In this document: piece after piece, positions 59,601 to 64,000 of the stretch
Position numbering within the stretch: position 1 is the first letter of the stretch
How the letters are laid out: the number at the start of each line of letters is the position of its first letter
Made by a program: the position numbers and the translations under genes
Notes under the pieces: model-generated
The model's database searches: none
What the model saw: the letters and a program-made list of their open reading frames with translations, nothing else
Told to the model about the DNA's origin: nothing
NCBI GenBank assembly: GCA_010909165.1
Contig: VJWM01000238.1
Coordinates: 62,001 to 126,000, forward strand
DNA: 64,000 bases
Source: Anthoceros angustus
Lineage: Eukaryota; Plantae; Anthocerotophyta
Direction: 5' to 3'

Positions 59601-62556
59601 ATCCTGCGCGACGCCATAGTGACGTCGAGCCGTCACCTAGCATGGTGCCGGCGTGAATACATTATCGTTACGCCATGTGACGCATGATTGGTGGAGAGCG
59701 AATGGGAGTCTCGAACGATGGACATCATTATCTAGGAGAACGGAATTGGCATATATATGGCAAATTCACATACGGACGGTCCTTCATTCATGGCATAATG
59801 AAAGGGGCATTTAGTTTGCTTGAATGGCTCTCACGTGCCACCCACCGTCCTTGCACAATGGTGTAGATGTTGATATAGATTATTAAAGCGATTGGAGCAG
59901 TAGCGTCTGTCAAACGACCTTCGACGTGGCATGTTTTCTTCCATGCCATGAGTTTTCAATTATTCTAATGGCTTGCACCCACCTTCCTTGGACCATGGTG
60001 GAGGGAGAATTTTATTTGAGAGAAAGGGAACCATTGTCCTTGGTTCATGGCGAGTTGTAAGATGGCCATGACCTTGTCATGGCATGGCACTTCCTTGGTC
60101 ATCGCCACTCGAAATCGCATTGCAAACACTTGTCCTTGGGGGGTACGGCATGGCATGCCACGTAGTCCCCTTCTTGGATGGAAGCACGGCGAAGGATGGT
60201 CCTAGCGGCAAGTGAGGTGGGCACGCCTGTGGAGAATGCGGATTCAAGCAAGTGGAGGGTGGATGATCATCGCGTGGAGCGGAGGCGGCGAGAGAGGTGT
60301 CGGGTCTTTGGAGGAGCAACTTCCAACAGCGTGGAGTCTGCCAAAGAGGAGGACGATCTTTGAGAAAGCGGCCGCAAGGAGTGGGTGTCTCTAATAGGTG
60401 GGAGCTAATGGAGCCGCTTGCAGGAGAGAATCCAAAACTTTCGGAGGAGGAATCGCCAGGCCGTGACATCGTGGAGGAGGAGGAATTTGGCGTGAGTCAG
60501 GAGAAAGAGGACTGTGGTGATCGGGAGGAGCATGGTGGTGCTGCCCAAGAGGCCGACCGTGGTGGCGAGAGAGGCCATTGGTCTTGTGGACCTTCCGCTC
60601 GGTGGCGATGGATAACCCCAACAACGTGGGAGGAGGATGCCTGTGGAGGAGGAAAGCTGCCACAGGAGTGGAGCGGTCTCGGAGGAGGCGGTTGCGGAGG
60701 CGGGCCAAGGCAGCGTGCATATGATGGTCGGAGGACGGTGAGGAGAAGGACACCTGGCGGCAATGATGGGGAAAGCGCAAAGGCGGATGTGGAGATGGCG
60801 GATGATGAGGTGGAGGCGACATACCGACTACATTGCCACTACGAAATTGGAGAATTGATGGAGCGGTTGGCGGTAAGCCACTAGGCAGCGTCATTGCCGT
60901 GTTGTGCGGCATGGGCGTGGTGGAGTGTACATGGCGTGAGCGGTTATGCGATGGAGGTTGGGTGGAGAATGAGGAGTTGAGGTTGGTGCGACGTGGTGAT
61001 ATGTAGGACGTGAGCTCTAAGTGATGTGTGTGCATGATGCGGGGAAGAAGGGAAGGAAGTTGGTGGAAGGTGAAGGCCATGTCGGGAAGGAAGGCACGGA
61101 TACTAGTGGAGAGAAGGAAGATGGAGGAAAGGTGGCAAGCAGCGTCAAAATCAAGTGATCTGGAGGCAACGTAGATGGTGGGGAACACGGATGTGGGAGC
61201 GGAGCTGGAGAGATGGTGGGGAACTGGATGGATGAGAGAATGCGGAGCGCATGCCGAATGCAATATGGAAAACAACCGTGGCGGTGGGCCGTTTGTGGAG
61301 GGAATGTGAATGTTCGAGCCATTTTCTTGCGAGCCGAGTCGCCAAGATGTGGGTGGACCGGTGATGGTCAATCGGCAACAAGCAGATGGAATTGGTATTC
61401 CCACCTTTATAGCCTAGCATTTACAGGGTCCTTCGCCGTGAAAGTGGTGATTGAGGCCCTGGATAGGTCTAGGAAGTTGTGGAGGAACCACGAAAACAAT
61501 GGTGTTGGTCAAGAGTCACCAAGTGACGCCGCAAGACGCATGGCCATATCACTTGGAAGGCGTACATGTTTGTAGATAAAGCCAATTGCATCGGTGGCAA
61601 CAAAGCCACCGATGCCGAAAGGGATAGAGGACGCTTGAACTCCAAAAATTCCAATTAATTTGTCAATAAAATCAAACACTTATATATGCAAGGTATGAGA
61701 GTGACGTAAGGGTTAGCACATATATATTACTATATAAACAAGTCTTGACGCCTATATACATACATATATATGTATACAAAGGAGGCATATAAATACACTA
61801 ATATAATATAAGTATAACGGATGGATGTGTACATATATATGTACACATACTTACACATACTTATGTCTTGAAGCCTATATACATATATATGTATACAAAG
61901 GATATGCAAAGGAGGTAAAATAGGAAGGGAAGGACAACCCTTCTGGGGAGAGAGAGGTCCTTGTTACAACCATGTTGCAAGAGCAAGAGGGGAAGAGTAT
62001 AAAATGGTTGTGATAGGGGAGGTCCTTCTCACAGTCATGATGGAGGAGGAGAAGTGAAAGAGTATAAAAAGGGTGTGATAAGGGGCAATAACTAGCAGGT
62101 GAGGTGAGAGGAGAGAGACCAAGCATTGTGTTAAGATGGGGTGAGAAGGTGGATAAGAAATTGACACCACAACACCAAGCCACCAAAGAGTGTTGCAATT
62201 TTGAAGTGGTACATGAAGTGAGAGACCAAGCATTGTGTTAGGATGGTGGAGAAGGAAGAGAAAAATGGACCAACTTAACACCAAGCCATCAAAACATGTT
62301 GCAAGTTGGAAGTGTTACATAAAATTGCAACACACGTAATAAGGCGGTGGGGAAATTATTAATAATGCTTGTGAGAGAGGGTGTACCGGAAGGGTGAGGT
62401 GGGGAAGAGAGAGTGCAGTTCGTGTTAAGATGGCTGTACCAAACGGGGACAGAACTAACAAACTTAATACCAAGCCTCCAAAATATGTTGCAATGTGGAA
62501 GTGTAACAAAAAATTGCAACATCGACTGTAACATGGGGTGCCCTTTTCTAGTAGGG
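53653..62556. mobile_element. CMC (CACTA/EnSpm-like) TIR element of about 8.9 kb, no intact transposase seen
   Basis: 30-bp TIRs CCCTACTAGAAA(T/A)GGGCACCC(T/C)ATGTTACA match at 28/30. The 3-bp TSD CAA lies at 53650-52 and 62557-59. Subterminal GTAACAC/TGTTGCAA motif clusters occur at both ends, and removing the element rejoins the CRE RT. Confidence 0.85.
55833..58944. repeat. About 1.55-kb direct tandem duplication inside the CMC element, junction near 57381
   Basis: CAGAACCCCACTATCGCC occurs at about 55834 and 57382. GGGCCAAAAA(A)GTGTTCACATCCGGCGCCTCACAG ends both units. The copies differ mainly by small indels. Confidence 0.92.
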
Positions 62557-63010
62557 CAAGTTCAGCATAGCCCTTCCTTAGATGGTCCTTGCTGAAAGTA
62601 GAGGGTAGATAGAGAACCATAGAAAGAGTGGATGAAAGGAATAAGACTTGTCAGGTGCCCGCCTGCATTCTTGAGCTCTGTAAAAATTGCCATCCTAGAG
62701 ACCGTGTTGAAAGTGCTCTCGACGTCCACTTGCAGGGCGACCCAATCTTGATGTGACTCTAGAACCGCCGCGATACTTAATGCAGCCGACTCACAACCCC
62801 TCGGAGTGGCAATCCCAAATTGATGGGGGCAAAGATGTGCACAGTGCTCTCGGCGTCCACTTGCGGCGACCAATCTTGATGTGACTCTAGAACCGCCGCG
62901 ATACTTAATGCAGCCGACTCACAACCCCTCGGAGTGGCAATCCCAAATTGATGGGGGCAAAGATGTGCCTGGAACTGCTCTCGAAGTTGGATAGCAATGC
63001 TGCTCCTCCA
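62557..63010 (-). mobile_element. CRE-clade non-LTR element, RT N-half, with an internal ~130-bp duplication (62712-62968)
   Basis: QLREQFQAHLCPHQFGIATPRGCESAALSIAAVLESHQDWVALQVDVESTFNTVSRMAIF...FYG...LYFQQG. Confidence 0.8.
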
Positions 63011-63199
63011 GAATCGCCTCCGCATAATAGGGGGCCAATCCCCATACTCGGGCGCAGTGGAAGAAGGCCCTGATCCCTCCTATTTCCACACGCACATGGA
63101 CAGTGAGGTTAAGCACGCGTTCCCCATTCACATATGGACCATGGACGTAAGTTTCCTCATCCATGTGACACAACATAATAGGACCCCCTGCTGTAGCTG

Positions 63200-64000
63200 A
63201 GGTGCTTACCCCCTCCTCCCGTGGGCTACCCCTGGTTGCCTGATCCGTGGCCTCGCGAGATGCTACGTTGCGTCGAGTTGCGCCGCTCATGGCCGCTTCC
63301 GAGTTGGGCTCCCCGATGTTGGTAGCCGTTTCCGCTACCGCGGTAGTGGACTCCACGGCTGCTGAACTCTGGCGGTGTTTGCTACCTCGGTTGCTCCTTC
63401 CTTTCCTTCGGTAGTCCCTTCCACTACCCCGTCGTGGACCTGCTACTTCGCTTCCCTTTCCCCTTCTCCTTCCTGACTCGGCCACGTGCCTCGTCCCGCT
63501 CTCGCTTGTACCGGTCCGCCAACTTATGGGCCTTCTCCACAGAGGCTCCCTCTTGCTCTTGGGCTCGAAACAATTCCCCCTGCATTTCTTGATTCGCCAC
63601 GTGGGCATCCTTGATCTGGGCCATGAGCGCTTCCTGCTGACTCGTCATGGACTACAGCTCCTCCTGGGCCCTGCGCAAATCCTTCTGAATTTTTACCCTC
63701 GTCTCCTCCAGGGTCCTCTTATCTTCCTCCAGCTGCTTTCGCTTAGCCTTCTCCTCCTCAAATCGGGCCCTCACCACTTCCTCTCGACGCCCTTGCACGC
63801 TGAGCCATGTGAGGGCCAACGCAGCTTGGTCCAACAAGTCTGACTGGGCTCGGATCATAGATGTGGTTAGCTCCTGCAAATCCACCTGTTGAGGAGGCCC
63901 CGCTCTGGACGCCATTCTCCTGTCGAGCACCTTTCTTCCCAGTAGGGTGCGCACTCTAACCAATTCCGCCTCGTCGACCTCTGTTGCCAATGGAGTTCCC
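63200..64000 (-). other. Interrupted coiled-coil reading frame of unknown origin, continuing beyond the window
   Basis: ORF 63652-63990 and ORF 63424-63648 are in one frame separated by a single stop. E/K/R/Q-rich heptads; no family recognised. Confidence 0.35.

Noticed and set aside
54174-61404. ORFs of 300-340 aa at 54174-55136, 55165-56070 and 60391-61404
   Set aside because: Low-complexity P/S/H/L translations of pyrimidine-rich strands inside a TIR element, with no recognisable domain.

Overview
Eukaryotic nuclear DNA from a compact-genome land plant: short GT-AG introns, dense genes and plant-type proteins. A seed-free lineage such as a hornwort is my inference from the element types. 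Genes supported by motifs and splice sites, left to right: NPF/PTR transporter (5' partial), cytochrome c1, DWA2/EIPR1-like WD40, NDUFAF6-like, intronless IMPDH, HMG-box protein, Sen1-like SF1 helicase, CYP86-clan P450, GH32 acid invertase, RACK1, IscA and beta-carotene hydroxylase (BCH). Mobile or decayed DNA: a remnant of a retrotransposon-type DNA methyltransferase, a full-length Ty1/copia, an RNR1 pseudogene, and a CRE-clade non-LTR element split by an 8.9-kb CCCTA-terminated CMC/EnSpm-like element with a 3-bp TSD. The most striking structure is at 42.3-48.6 kb. BCH is present as four nested tandem copies joined at microhomologies. Each of the three 5'-truncated copies now lies directly downstream of a duplicate of the IscA upstream region and keeps an in-frame ATG. 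Copies 2-4 share homopolymer deletions that look like long-read consensus errors, so the array must be checked against raw reads. No tRNA, rRNA or CRISPR array was seen. Protein identities come from my recognition of motifs, not from database searches.
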